DNA of 64,000 nucleotides from Candidatus Poribacteria bacterium (GTDB lineage: Bacteria > Poribacteria > WGA-4E > WGA-3G), in assembly GCA_963665235.2 (NCBI GenBank), contig CAXXLX010000001.1, forward strand, positions 2,368,001 through 2,432,000, read 5' to 3'. How positions within the stretch are numbered: the stretch's first letter is position 1; every line of letters begins with the position of its first letter. Of the stretch, positions 51,343 to 61,753 are shown one piece after another. Both the position numbers and the translations under genes were made by a program. Under the pieces are notes generated by a model. It searched no databases. It was not told the DNA's origin and was given only the letters and a program-made list of their open reading frames with translations.

Positions 51343-52484
51343 ATGAAAAAAAGTTTTCTCTTTACACCGGGACCAACGCCAATACCGCCTGAGGCGTTGT
51401 TATCCATGGCGCAACCGATTGACTACCACCGAAGTCCCGCTGCGATAGCACTAATTCGGGACGTTCTGGAAAAACTCAAGCACGTCTTTCAAACAACGAA
51501 CGATGTGCTCTTCCTGACCTCCTCCGGCACGGGGGCAATGGAAGGGGCAGTTGCAAACCTGCTCTGCCGGGGGGATAAAGTGCTTGTGATTCGGAGCGGT
51601 AAATTCGGTGAACGGTGGCATGAAATCTGCACAGCGTTCGGGGTTGAAGTTATACCGATTGATGTTACATGGGGGGATTCTGTCGCACCGGAAGCGGTAG
51701 AATCCGAGCTAACCGCACATCCTGAGGTAAAAGCTGTTTTCGCCACACTCTGTGAAACGTCAACAGGTGCCCTGCACGACATTGAAACGTTAGCACGTTT
51801 GACGCAAACCCGGCCAACGTTGCTTGTTGTCGATGCTGTCAGTGCCCTCGGTGCTGACGATTTACAGATGGACAACTGGGGTGTGGACGTTGTCGTCTCC
51901 TGTTCACAGAAGGGGTTGATGACTCCCCCCGGACTCGCTTTTGCTGCCCTCAGTTCGCGTGCTTGGGATGCGGTAGCGCGGTCGGACCTCCCGAAATATT
52001 ACCTGGATTTCCGAAAAGCACATGAGCGCGGATTAGAAGGCTCGGTACCCTACACCCCTGCGATTACACTGCTTACGGCACTGCAATGCGCCTTAAATCG
52101 TATCTACGCGGAGGGAATTCGCAAGACGATTGCTCGCCACAACCGCTTGGCGATGGCAACACGGAGCGCGGTTAAGGCAATTGGACTCCCGCTGTTCGCT
52201 ACATCGCCTGCCAACACACTAACATCAGTCCGGTTGCCTGAAGCAATTGATGGAAAAGCATTTATCAAGCTAATGCGTGAAAAACACGGTATCACGTACG
52301 CAGGCGGACAAGGTGAGTTGGGCGGGAAAATTGTCAGAATTGCCCATCTCGGTTGGATGAATGAAAACGATGTTATCGTCGCCATTTCCGCGTTTGAGAG
52401 AGGCTTAGCCGAAATCGGGTATGATGTCCCGCTTGGCGCGGGGGTACCACCGCTGTACAGGAAGTTTTTGCACAGCAACGCTAA
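51343..52484 (+). CDS. Class V aminotransferase (serine-pyruvate/alanine-glyoxylate type), C-terminal frameshift
   Basis: FTPGPT, SSGTGAME, CETSTG, VDAVS, SQKGLMTPPG, PYTP, RIAHLG; natural end AVQEVFAQQR* lies in another frame after about 52446. Confidence 0.85.
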
Positions 52485-52518
52485 CAGGAAGCGACTGCTG
52501 GTGCTAATTTTAAAAATT

Positions 52519-53795
52519 ATGGATGAAACCACACTTTTCGATGCCTCTTACGAAAAACGAAAAAAACCGCTGCTTACCCAAACGTTAGAGCGACTACGGC
52601 CTATCTATAGTCAGTCGGAGCTCAACGTCTTGCGTATCGACAGTACGAGCCGAGAGCGGTTAGCACAACGTTCCGGACGCGTGGATTTGTCAATCGGGAT
52701 ATTCTTGAAACTGTCCTCGGTAATTTGCTGGAATGTGTTGCGCCAGGGTCACATAATGCCCCCCATCTTCAGGATCAAAAACAGGAGCTCTCAGAAGCAC
52801 TTGAGGAGGTTGCAGCCCAATTGTATGCAATGGTGGCGCAATCGTTTTTAGCGGTTACAGACGAAACGCATCTTGAGGCGGCTCTTGAAACCGCCTTCTC
52901 CCTTCTCTGGGAACTCCCTCGACTTAAAAGTCGTGCGCTCTGGAACCGATTCGCCTCACTAAAAGACCCTGCTGTCTGGGATGCGTATCTGTTACATACC
53001 GGTATTTCTCGCGAAAAACTTGCAGCCCAGGATTTCCGAACACAAATTGATACCGCAATTCAGGAACGCACCTTTGAACCGTACGAAGATTTCCTTGGGA
53101 CGCTCAATCTATCTCATGTTTTGGATTATCAACTCCAACTTGTAGTCAGTACTTATCCCGGGTGGCGTGTGCTTTTCTATCACGATGTTGCGCACGCTTT
53201 GACGCGCAGCGAGTCGCCTGAAGGAAATCCGGACCTACACAGGGTGCCAGTACCGTTGTTACCCCGTGCCATTTCGGAACTCGGCGGGCGATATTACCAA
53301 GCCGATTTACACCCAGAAACGCAAATAGGGGACGCAAATTTCTTAGAACATCCACATCGCGGCGTGACAACTGGACAAACCGGCATTATCGGGTCTGGAT
53401 GCGTTATCTACCCTTGCACCTTGGGCGGTTTAAGCGTCAAAGTCAAACAACGGCACCCTACCATCGGCAACTTCGTAGAAATTGGCACGGACACGAGCTT
53501 ACTCGGGCCGGTTCAGGTTGCTGAGCGGACTACTGTCGGCACAAACACCGAAATTTATGGGTTTGTCGAAATTGAGCAAAAATGTCGGATCGGTTCGTCC
53601 GTCGTTATCGGAACTATCCGCGGTGCGGCTGAATATCCCGGAAAAATCTATATTGGGGATGAGGTTCGGATCGGAGATGGCACCGTTATTGAAAACACAT
53701 CAGAAATGGATCTGATTATACCGACCCGTTCACAGATTCCTGCGCGGAGTCACGTAGCAAACGACGGCTTCGGATTCCCACGATACGTGGCGTGA
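52519..53795 (+). CDS. Serine O-acetyltransferase-like hexapeptide-repeat protein, frameshift at about 52670
   Basis: TYPG, LLPRAISE, DLHPETQIG, RHPTIG and left-handed beta-helix repeats. Confidence 0.7.
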
Positions 53796-53895
53796 CTCAA
53801 GGAAATGATGGTTAAACTCACGTTACAATATTCAAAATCACTACAAGCAAATCGGAGGTGCGCTTGCAACAACCGCGCAAGCGTTTCGGAAACCA

Positions 53896-55464
53896 TTGTT
53901 AAAAAAAATAGAACGAGCCTTAATTAGCGTCTACGATAAAACATCCCTTTTAGAAATAGCGAATACCCTCGCTCAGCACGGGGTCGAAATTCTTTCTACC
54001 GGCGGGACAGCAAAACACATGCGAGACGCGGGCATTGACATACTGGATGTCTCTGACTACACCGGCTTTCCTGAAATGCTGGATGGTAGAGTCAAGACGC
54101 TCCATCCGAAAGTCCACGGTGGGCTCCTTGCCGAACGGGATAATCCGGAACACAGTGCCCAAACGGACGCACACGGCATAACCCCAATTGATATGGTGAT
54201 ATGCAACCTCTATCCGTTTGAGGCAACCGTTGCTAAACCGGATGTCACACTTCCGGAAGCGATTGAGAATATCGACATCGGTGGCCCGACGATGATTCGC
54301 GCTGCAGCAAAAAACTATAAGCACGTCGCTGTGCTCACAGCCCCTAGCCAATATCCACAAATTATCGCCGATTTGGCAACGAACGATGCATGCCTTTCGG
54401 AAGAGAGACGTTTTGAATTGGCACGCGCAGCGTTTATTCACACAGCACAGTACGACAGTGCAATAGCAACCTATCTTGCCAATTTAGAGACCGATGCCGA
54501 ATTTGCTGATATGCTGACGCTCCGTTTCCGGAAGGCGGATGCGTTAAGATACGGTGAAAATCCGCACCAACAGGCCGCGTTCTATAGAACAGAAACATCC
54601 CCCGCCGCACCTTGTGCCGCGTGGGCAAAACAACGCAATGGCCCACCGCTATCGTTCAACAACATTCTCGATTTAGATGCCGCCTTAGAGATTGTCAAGG
54701 ACTTTAAGTCGCCTGCTTGTGCAATCATCAAACATAACAATCCGTGTGGTCTAGCAACTGCTGACAATCTGCAAGATGCCTTCACGAATGCGCTTGAGTG
54801 TGACCGCACCTCCGCTTTCGGTTCAATTGTCGGTTTAAATCGAAAAGTGACAATTCAAACAGCGAATACTATTCGTGAAGCAGCAAAAGCGGGGGTGAAA
54901 ATTGAGGCGGTTATCGCTCCGAATTACACCGAAAAAGCACTACGGGCATTGTCTCGCGTAGCAAACCGCCGTATCCTTGAAACCGGACCGCTCTCGCCAC
55001 CGGAATCTGTTTTGCAAATCCGAAACGTCACCGGGGGTGCACTTGTCCAGGAACAGGATGTCCATCACACTGAAAAGGATGCCCTACAGGTTGTCACTAA
55101 ACGCAAACCGACAGATGCGGAGATAGACTCCCTACTTTTCGCGTGGAAGGCGTGTAAACATGTCAAATCTAACTGCATTCTGCTTGCCCAAGACACACAA
55201 ACAGTCGGTATCGGTGCGGGGCAGATGAGCCGTGTAGATGCTGCTATTATTGCTGTCCGCAAAGCTGGTGAAAAGGCGAACGGTGCCGTTTTAGCCTCCG
55301 ATGCTTTCTTTCCATTCCCTGACGGTGTAACAATTGCTGGTGAGGCGGGCATTCGGGCAATTATCCAACCGGGCGGCTCCGTAAATGACGACTCTGTGAT
55401 TGAAACAGCGAACACCTACGATATGGCGATGGTGTTTACAGGTGTCCGACATTTCCGCCATTAG
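53896..55464 (+). CDS. purH: Bifunctional AICAR transformylase/IMP cyclohydrolase
   Basis: RALISVYDK, GRVKTLHP, IDIGGPTM, LRYGENPHQ, ASDAFFPF, RHFRH. Confidence 0.98.
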   Translation: MLKKIERALISVYDKTSLLEIANTLAQHGVEILSTGGTAKHMRDAGIDILDVSDYTGFPEMLDGRVKTLHPKVHGGLLAERDNPEHSAQTDAHGITPIDMVICNLYPFEATVAKPDVTLPEAIENIDIGGPTMIRAAAKNYKHVAVLTAPSQYPQIIADLATNDACLSEERRFELARAAFIHTAQYDSAIATYLANLETDAEFADMLTLRFRKADALRYGENPHQQAAFYRTETSPAAPCAAWAKQRNGPPLSFNNILDLDAALEIVKDFKSPACAIIKHNNPCGLATADNLQDAFTNALECDRTSAFGSIVGLNRKVTIQTANTIREAAKAGVKIEAVIAPNYTEKALRALSRVANRRILETGPLSPPESVLQIRNVTGGALVQEQDVHHTEKDALQVVTKRKPTDAEIDSLLFAWKACKHVKSNCILLAQDTQTVGIGAGQMSRVDAAIIAVRKAGEKANGAVLASDAFFPFPDGVTIAGEAGIRAIIQPGGSVNDDSVIETANTYDMAMVFTGVRHFRH

Positions 55465-55490
55465 ATTTCGGACATTTTAAGCTCAACACT

Positions 55491-55644
55491 AACCTAAGTT
55501 GCCACATAGTAGCATAATCTTCCAGATTGTGCATATTTGTGTGCGAATTGGAAGTGAACGGGACAAATAGTAGCTAATTATCAGCATATTTTCATTAAAG
55601 ACGGTGTTTCTAGGTCTAAAAACTTATAAGTAGCAACTTGGGTT
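55491..55644. mobile_element. MITE family B copy
   Basis: TIR AACCTAAGTTGC..GCAACTTGGGTT; near-identical to 57814-57967. Confidence 0.8.
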
Positions 55645-55672
55645 ACACTAACACGTTTCAGGAAATTGAAAA

Positions 55673-56845
55673 TTGCCAACTACATTAACACTCCCTTCTA
55701 CGATAATTACGGGGGTAGGTGCCTCCGAAGAGGTAGGTAAGCAGGCGAAACGGCTCGGTGCCACAAACGCGCTTATCGTGACGGACCCGGGCATTGCTAA
55801 AATCGGATACGCTGAGCAGGTTGCCCGAAACCTACGTGCTGTAGGTATTGCTGTCTCACACTTCTCTGGTGTCACACCCGACCCGACTCTGTTAAACGTG
55901 CAGGATGGATTAAAGCAGTACGTTGCCGAAGGCTGCGATGTGATTGTAAGCGTCGGCGGCGGTAGTGCAATTGATTGCGGAAAAGGCATCGCTGTCAAAC
56001 GCACTAACAGTGGCGAATTTTTGGACTATATGGGGGTAGACAAAATCCTGAATACAGGTGCCCCCTTAATTGCTATACCGACCACAGGTGGAACCGGCAG
56101 CGAAGTCACAAAAGTCACCGTGCTTACCGACACAGAACGGAACGTCAAAATGATGCTGAGCAGTGCATGTTTACTCCCAGCTGTTGCACTGGTTGACCCG
56201 TTGTTATCTGTCACAACGCCGCCCTCCTTGACTGCGGCAGTCGGTGTTGATGCGTTGACACATGCGATAGAGGCGTATATCTCTAAACGCGCGCAACCGA
56301 TAACGGACGCGCTTGCATTGAAAGCGATTGTGATGATTTCGGGTTCACTTCGGCAGGCATGGGCGGATGGCGAAAATATCGCCGCCCGAACAGATATGAT
56401 GCTCGGCGCGTCAATTGCGGGCATGGCGTTTAGCAACGCGTCTGTCGCCTTAGTTCACGGTATGTCACGGCCGATTGGTGCCTATTTTCACATTCATCAT
56501 GGATTATCAAACGCGGTGCTGCTGCTTGATGTGATGGCGTTTAGCGTAGTCGGCGCGCCTACACGTTTTGCCGATATCGCCCGCGCGATGGGAGAACCGA
56601 TTGATGGGTTATCCCCAATGAAGCAAGCAGATGCAGCGATTTCTGCTGTCCAACGACTCGTCAACGATATCCAAATGCCTCGACTCGGAGAGATTGGGAT
56701 TGATAACGAGAAATTTGAACAGGTTATTGAACAGATGGCAGTTGACGCTATTGATAGCGGCAGTCCTGCTAACAACCCGCGGCAAGCCACTGCTGAGGAG
56801 ATAGTTGCACTCTATCGGAAATGCTTCGACCCGCGAGGTGCATAG
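55673..56845 (+). CDS. Iron-containing alcohol dehydrogenase
   Basis: GGGSAID, IPTTGGTGSE, DALTHAIE, LVHGMS, HHGLSNA. Confidence 0.92.
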   Translation: MPTTLTLPSTIITGVGASEEVGKQAKRLGATNALIVTDPGIAKIGYAEQVARNLRAVGIAVSHFSGVTPDPTLLNVQDGLKQYVAEGCDVIVSVGGGSAIDCGKGIAVKRTNSGEFLDYMGVDKILNTGAPLIAIPTTGGTGSEVTKVTVLTDTERNVKMMLSSACLLPAVALVDPLLSVTTPPSLTAAVGVDALTHAIEAYISKRAQPITDALALKAIVMISGSLRQAWADGENIAARTDMMLGASIAGMAFSNASVALVHGMSRPIGAYFHIHHGLSNAVLLLDVMAFSVVGAPTRFADIARAMGEPIDGLSPMKQADAAISAVQRLVNDIQMPRLGEIGIDNEKFEQVIEQMAVDAIDSGSPANNPRQATAEEIVALYRKCFDPRGA

Positions 56846-56890
56846 GCACACCTAAGATATGCACGACTACATAGTTTGATAGGATAAAAA

Positions 56891-57745
56891 ATGACAATAA
56901 TTGATTCTCACACACACGCATGGCCCCGCTGGCCCTATCAACCGCCGGTTCCGGATGATGAGAGCCGTGGAAAGGTTGAACAGCTCCTGCACGAAATGGA
57001 TAGGCACGATGTCGACAAGGCAGTGCTTGTCTGTGCACGCATTGATAGAAACATAGACAACAACGACTACGTTGCACAGTGTGTCGAACGTTACCCTGAG
57101 CGTCTGATTCAGTTTGCAGATGTGGATTGTTCATGGACAGAGACATATCACACGGACGGTGCAGCGGAACGGCTCAAAACGGCGGCAGAAATGTACACGC
57201 TCAAAGGCTACACACACTACCTCAGGGGTGATGACGATGGCAGCTGGTTTTTTTCGAGTGAAGGGCAACGTTTTTTTCAAACGACCGCTGAACTCGGTCT
57301 CATCGCCAGTATTGCCATGGGAAGTCAGCAGCACGCGCCGCTTCGGAAATTAGCGGCACAGTTTCCTACGATTCCGTTTCTGTGCCATCACATGGCAGGG
57401 GCGCGAGCCGGTGAGGCTCACCCCTATCCACAGCTTGAGCAGGTCCTCGCCTCCGCCAAGGTGCCGAATATCTACGTGAAAATGTCAGGGTTCGCTTACG
57501 TTTCGCAGGTCGCGTGGGATTATCCTTACTCCGATACACATTGGATAGTCCGCGCACTTTACGAACATTTCGGCCCCGGTCGACTCTGCTGGGGCTCAGA
57601 CTATCCGGTTGTCCGTAACTTTATGACCTATCAACATGCATTAGAGGCGTTCCGGACCCACTGCACCTTTATTCCGGCGGCCGACAAAACCGAAATTTTA
57701 GGCGGCACCCTCCAACGATTGCTATCGGCAGCAGGGGAGCAGTAG
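56891..57745 (+). CDS. Amidohydrolase family 2 protein
   Basis: IIDSHTH, HHMA, YVKMSG, WGSDYP. Confidence 0.88.
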   Translation: MTIIDSHTHAWPRWPYQPPVPDDESRGKVEQLLHEMDRHDVDKAVLVCARIDRNIDNNDYVAQCVERYPERLIQFADVDCSWTETYHTDGAAERLKTAAEMYTLKGYTHYLRGDDDGSWFFSSEGQRFFQTTAELGLIASIAMGSQQHAPLRKLAAQFPTIPFLCHHMAGARAGEAHPYPQLEQVLASAKVPNIYVKMSGFAYVSQVAWDYPYSDTHWIVRALYEHFGPGRLCWGSDYPVVRNFMTYQHALEAFRTHCTFIPAADKTEILGGTLQRLLSAAGEQ

Positions 57746-57813
57746 CGTAAGCACAGGCCTGCTATGCAGGGTTTTAGCATCTATTGTTTTTTTAGGCATC
57801 CTGTGATACTATA

Positions 57814-57967
57814 TACCTAAGTTGCCACATAGTAGCATAATCTTCCAGATTGTGCATATTTGTGTGCAAACTAAAAGTGGACGCTACAAATATTGCCTAA
57901 TTATCAGCATATTTTCATTAAAGACGGTGTTTCCGGGTCTAAAAACTTATAAGTAGCAACTTGGGTT
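57814..57967. mobile_element. MITE family B copy
   Basis: Same TIRs and internal sequence as 55491-55644. Confidence 0.8.
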
Positions 57968-57981
57968 ACTATATACACATC

Positions 57982-58536
57982 ATGGAAAAAACATCTGCTC
58001 TCATTCCGATTTACACTATAGGTTATGGCAGTCGTTCGATAGAGGAACTCATCGAACTGCTACACGTCCATAAGATTGCTTATCTCATTGATGTTCGCTC
58101 GGCACCCTATTCTCGCTATAAGCCGGAATTCTCTAAGCTCCCGCTAGCGAATACGCTGGAACAGCACGGTATCCGCTACGTGTTTATGGGCGATACGCTC
58201 GGTGGTAGACCGGACGACGAAACGTGTTACGTCAACGGGAAAGTCGATTATGAAAAGGTTAAAACCACGGAGGCCTATCAGCGCGGCATTCAACGCCTTC
58301 ATGCTGCCTTTTTGCAACAACAATCTATTGTCCTGATGTGCAGTGAGGGGAAACCGGAGACGTGCCACCGATGTAAACTTATCGGGGCAACCCTTACAAA
58401 TGAGGAGATAGCGGTCATTCACATTGATGAAGATGGTGAGCAACTCACACAGGAACAGGTTATTGAACGGTTGACAGGCGGACAATTGTCGATGTTTGGT
58501 GAGGAGACGTTTCATTCTCGGAAAAAATATCCGTAA
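57982..58536 (+). CDS. DUF488 family protein (copy 1)
   Basis: IYTIGY, LIDVRSAPYS, LGGRP, LMCSEGKPETCHR. Confidence 0.88.
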   Translation: MEKTSALIPIYTIGYGSRSIEELIELLHVHKIAYLIDVRSAPYSRYKPEFSKLPLANTLEQHGIRYVFMGDTLGGRPDDETCYVNGKVDYEKVKTTEAYQRGIQRLHAAFLQQQSIVLMCSEGKPETCHRCKLIGATLTNEEIAVIHIDEDGEQLTQEQVIERLTGGQLSMFGEETFHSRKKYP

Positions 58537-58547
58537 TTTAATTCGCT

Positions 58548-59039
58548 ATGAAAAAAATCAAAATTGTCACCATCGGTGTCTACGGATTTGATGAAATCGG
58601 TTTTTTCGACGCTTTACGTAAAGCAGCGGTTGATACATTCTGCGATATTCGTAGCCGACGGGGTGTACGCGGCGCAACTTACGCGTTTGCCAATAGCAAG
58701 CGGCTGCAAGCACGTCTTTCAGAACTCGGTATCCAATACATCCACCGTAAAGACCTTGGCCCGACGAAAACCGTTCGAGAAAAACAGGCAGCGGCGGATA
58801 AAGCCACGAAAACTGCTAAACGCAAACGAACTAAACTTGGGAAAACGTTCATTGAAGCCTACCACACAGAATGCCTCGACGCGTTTGACCCGAAAAGCCT
58901 GCTGGATGAACTGGGAACGGATGCCAAAGTTGTAGCACTTTTTTGTGTCGAAACTGCCCCGGATGCATGCCACCGCTCCTTAGTAGCGGATAAACTGGCG
59001 ACAGCATTCAATCTGGAGGTTGAAAATATTTTGCCGTGA
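58548..59039 (+). CDS. DUF488 family protein (copy 2)
   Basis: IVTIGVYG, CDIR, LFCVETAPDACHRSLVA. Confidence 0.85.
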   Translation: MKKIKIVTIGVYGFDEIGFFDALRKAAVDTFCDIRSRRGVRGATYAFANSKRLQARLSELGIQYIHRKDLGPTKTVREKQAAADKATKTAKRKRTKLGKTFIEAYHTECLDAFDPKSLLDELGTDAKVVALFCVETAPDACHRSLVADKLATAFNLEVENILP

Positions 59040-61753
59040 GAGTCTTAATTGTTGCAAAAACCCGAATGGGAAGTGGCGCGTGCATCGGTGCCATTACTGA
59101 GACAGGAAAAAGTGTCCGACTTATTCCGTTTAATGCTGACCCACATGAGGGTGCGAACAGAGAATATGAGGTTGGGGATATTTGGGAGATTTCCGCTGAG
59201 CCTGAAACTTCACTGATTCCACCGCATAACGAAAACATTGTGGTTCATAAAAAATCGCGCCTTCGGACAACGCAAGACACAAAAAATTTGATAAGCGCGA
59301 TTGAACTTTTGATGCCCCCGAAAATTGGAGCTCCCCGAAAACTCTATGAAGGTTTATTGAAAACGACAACTAGCGGTTCGCTTTACATTGCAGTGGACGG
59401 TGATATTCCACCTTACAGCACTGCGTTTTGGAGACCAGATCAGCCGCTTGCTCGCGATACAGAAGGGAAGCGAATACGATATCGATACCCTACCGAAAAT
59501 GGAGGCTACACGCTTACCTTTGTCGGTTTCCAAGAACCGCTTGAGACAATTCCGGCAGGGACGCTCCTGCGTGTGTCGCTGGCACATCGGTGGAGACCAA
59601 AAGAGCAGCCGGATGCTGAAGAACGGCACTACGCACAGCTCTCCGGCTGGTTCGTCGAAGAAATAGCACAAGCACAATCGGAGCGTCCGAGAGCACAAGA
59701 ATCGCCTCCGCTATCAACTCCGATGCAAACTCCCTTAGAAATCCTCACAAACGTTTTCGGACATGAACAGTTTCGCCCATTTCAGGAAACTATCATCAAC
59801 CATATCCTAAAACGACAGGATGCACTGATTGTTTTACCCACAGGTGGCGGAAAATCTCTCTGCTATCAATTGCCTGCACTCATGTTTGAGGGTGTGACGG
59901 TTGTTGTTTCACCCCTAATTTCACTCATGCAGGACCAGGTGATGCAACTCCAAAATCGTGGCATCCACGCTGCATTTCTTAATCACACTGTTGGGAACAC
60001 AGAATACGTCGCCACGATGCAGCAGGTCAGGCAGGGTAAAATCAAACTGCTGTACGTTGCGCCTGAGACGCTCGTTCGCTCCGAAATACTTGTTATGCTT
60101 GAGGAGTCAGATGTTGCCTGCCTCGCCATTGATGAAGCGCATTGTATTTCAGAATGGGGACACGACTTTCGGCAGGAATATCGACAACTGGTCACCATTC
60201 GCCAACGATTCCAAAACGCCGTTTGCGTCGCCCTAACAGCGACTGCAACCCCACGGGTTCAAAACGACATCAAAAAATTACTCAAGTTTGACGACGGAAA
60301 TGAGTTTATAGGCAGTTTTGACCGAGAAAATCTATTCATCGCTGTTGAACCGAAAGTTGAATTGCTGGAACAGACGCTCGCGTTTCTTAATAGGCATCGC
60401 GGTGAATCCGGCATTATATATTGTCAAACCAAGAAGCAGGTTGAATCGCTCTGTCGTAATTTAACCGCCAGACGGTTCTCAGTACGCCCTTACCATGCAG
60501 ACCTTGATAACGCAACTCGAAGGCAAAATCAAGAAGCATTTATTAAAGGCGACATCCAAGTAATCGTTGCCACAATTGCGTTCGGTATGGGAATAGATAA
60601 GGCGGACGTCCGTTTTGTTCTACACGCCGGTTTGCCCAAGGAACCCGAATCTTACTACCAAGAAATCGGGCGCAGCGGTCGCGATGGACTTCCAGCCCAA
60701 TGTCTTTTGCTATTTAGTTACGGCGATGTTGACACCATCAATCATTTCATCGAGCAGGGCGCACAATCCGAAAAACAGGGACGACTGGAAAGAGCACAAA
60801 CACTCATTTCATGGGCAACGTCAATAGCATGTCGACGAAAAGTGTTATTGGCCTATTTTGGGGAGCAATATGAGCAGGAAAATTGTGGAATGTGTGACAA
60901 CTGCCGCAAATCAGAAATCGACCGTGTCGACTTGACGGTACCCGCGCAAAAATTTCTTTCCTGTGTCCTCCGGACAGAAGAACTATTCGGGGAAGCTTAT
61001 GTTACTGATGTCCTACGGGGGTCAAAGCGGAAAAAAATTCTTGATAACGGACACGACACACTCTCCACATACAGCATTGGCATAGAATACAGTAAGACGC
61101 AGTGGCGATATTTGTCTCATCAATTCCTCCAACACAAACTACTTGAACGAGATGCACGGCATGGGAGTCTCCGCGTAACGCAGAAAGGTCGGGGAGTACT
61201 CAGTAGCAAAGATACGTTTTGGGGATTTTCGGTGGAATCGGTAGATATTTCCACATCCGAAGTGCTCTCTGAATATGCCCCGGAACTCTTTGAATTACTT
61301 CGAACGCAACGAGACAAAACCGCTGAGGTGGAGGGTGTAGCTCCTGAGACCGTTTTTCACGATAAAGCACTGAAAGCGATGGCGACCTATTTTCCGACAT
61401 CTGAGGAAACTTTCAGACAGATGCCTAGCGTGGGCCCCTCGAAATCGGAAAAATATGCTGATATCTTCTTGCCAATCATTTGTGATTATTGCAAGGAAAA
61501 TGAAGTGGAACCGGATACCCATGAACTTTTCGAGCAACTTCGCTCAAAACGTACAACAGTAGCAGAGCAGGAGAAATTACCGGCATATCGTATCTTTAGC
61601 AACAAGACGTTGCAAGAAATGGTGACTCAATTACCACAATCGGTAGGAGAATTTGAGGAAATTCACGGCGTTGGGCCCGTGAAAATAGAAAAATACGCCA
61701 AGTTTTTTTTGCCGATTATCCGGGCCTACTGTAAAGAACATGGTATTAATTGA
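59036..61753 (+). CDS. recQ: RecQ helicase with N-terminal dual-OB-like domain and two HRDC domains
   Basis: LPTGGGKSLCYQLP, DEAHCISEWGHDFR, ATIAFGMGIDK, QEIGRSGRDG, RQC CRR..CGMCDNC; about 205-aa extra N-terminal domain. Confidence 0.9.
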   Translation: MRVLIVAKTRMGSGACIGAITETGKSVRLIPFNADPHEGANREYEVGDIWEISAEPETSLIPPHNENIVVHKKSRLRTTQDTKNLISAIELLMPPKIGAPRKLYEGLLKTTTSGSLYIAVDGDIPPYSTAFWRPDQPLARDTEGKRIRYRYPTENGGYTLTFVGFQEPLETIPAGTLLRVSLAHRWRPKEQPDAEERHYAQLSGWFVEEIAQAQSERPRAQESPPLSTPMQTPLEILTNVFGHEQFRPFQETIINHILKRQDALIVLPTGGGKSLCYQLPALMFEGVTVVVSPLISLMQDQVMQLQNRGIHAAFLNHTVGNTEYVATMQQVRQGKIKLLYVAPETLVRSEILVMLEESDVACLAIDEAHCISEWGHDFRQEYRQLVTIRQRFQNAVCVALTATATPRVQNDIKKLLKFDDGNEFIGSFDRENLFIAVEPKVELLEQTLAFLNRHRGESGIIYCQTKKQVESLCRNLTARRFSVRPYHADLDNATRRQNQEAFIKGDIQVIVATIAFGMGIDKADVRFVLHAGLPKEPESYYQEIGRSGRDGLPAQCLLLFSYGDVDTINHFIEQGAQSEKQGRLERAQTLISWATSIACRRKVLLAYFGEQYEQENCGMCDNCRKSEIDRVDLTVPAQKFLSCVLRTEELFGEAYVTDVLRGSKRKKILDNGHDTLSTYSIGIEYSKTQWRYLSHQFLQHKLLERDARHGSLRVTQKGRGVLSSKDTFWGFSVESVDISTSEVLSEYAPELFELLRTQRDKTAEVEGVAPETVFHDKALKAMATYFPTSEETFRQMPSVGPSKSEKYADIFLPIICDYCKENEVEPDTHELFEQLRSKRTTVAEQEKLPAYRIFSNKTLQEMVTQLPQSVGEFEEIHGVGPVKIEKYAKFFLPIIRAYCKEHGIN

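Noticed and set aside
51163-52851. 562-aa aminotransferase fusion in the ORF track
   Set aside because: Chimera made by an upstream extension and frameshifts joining two genes
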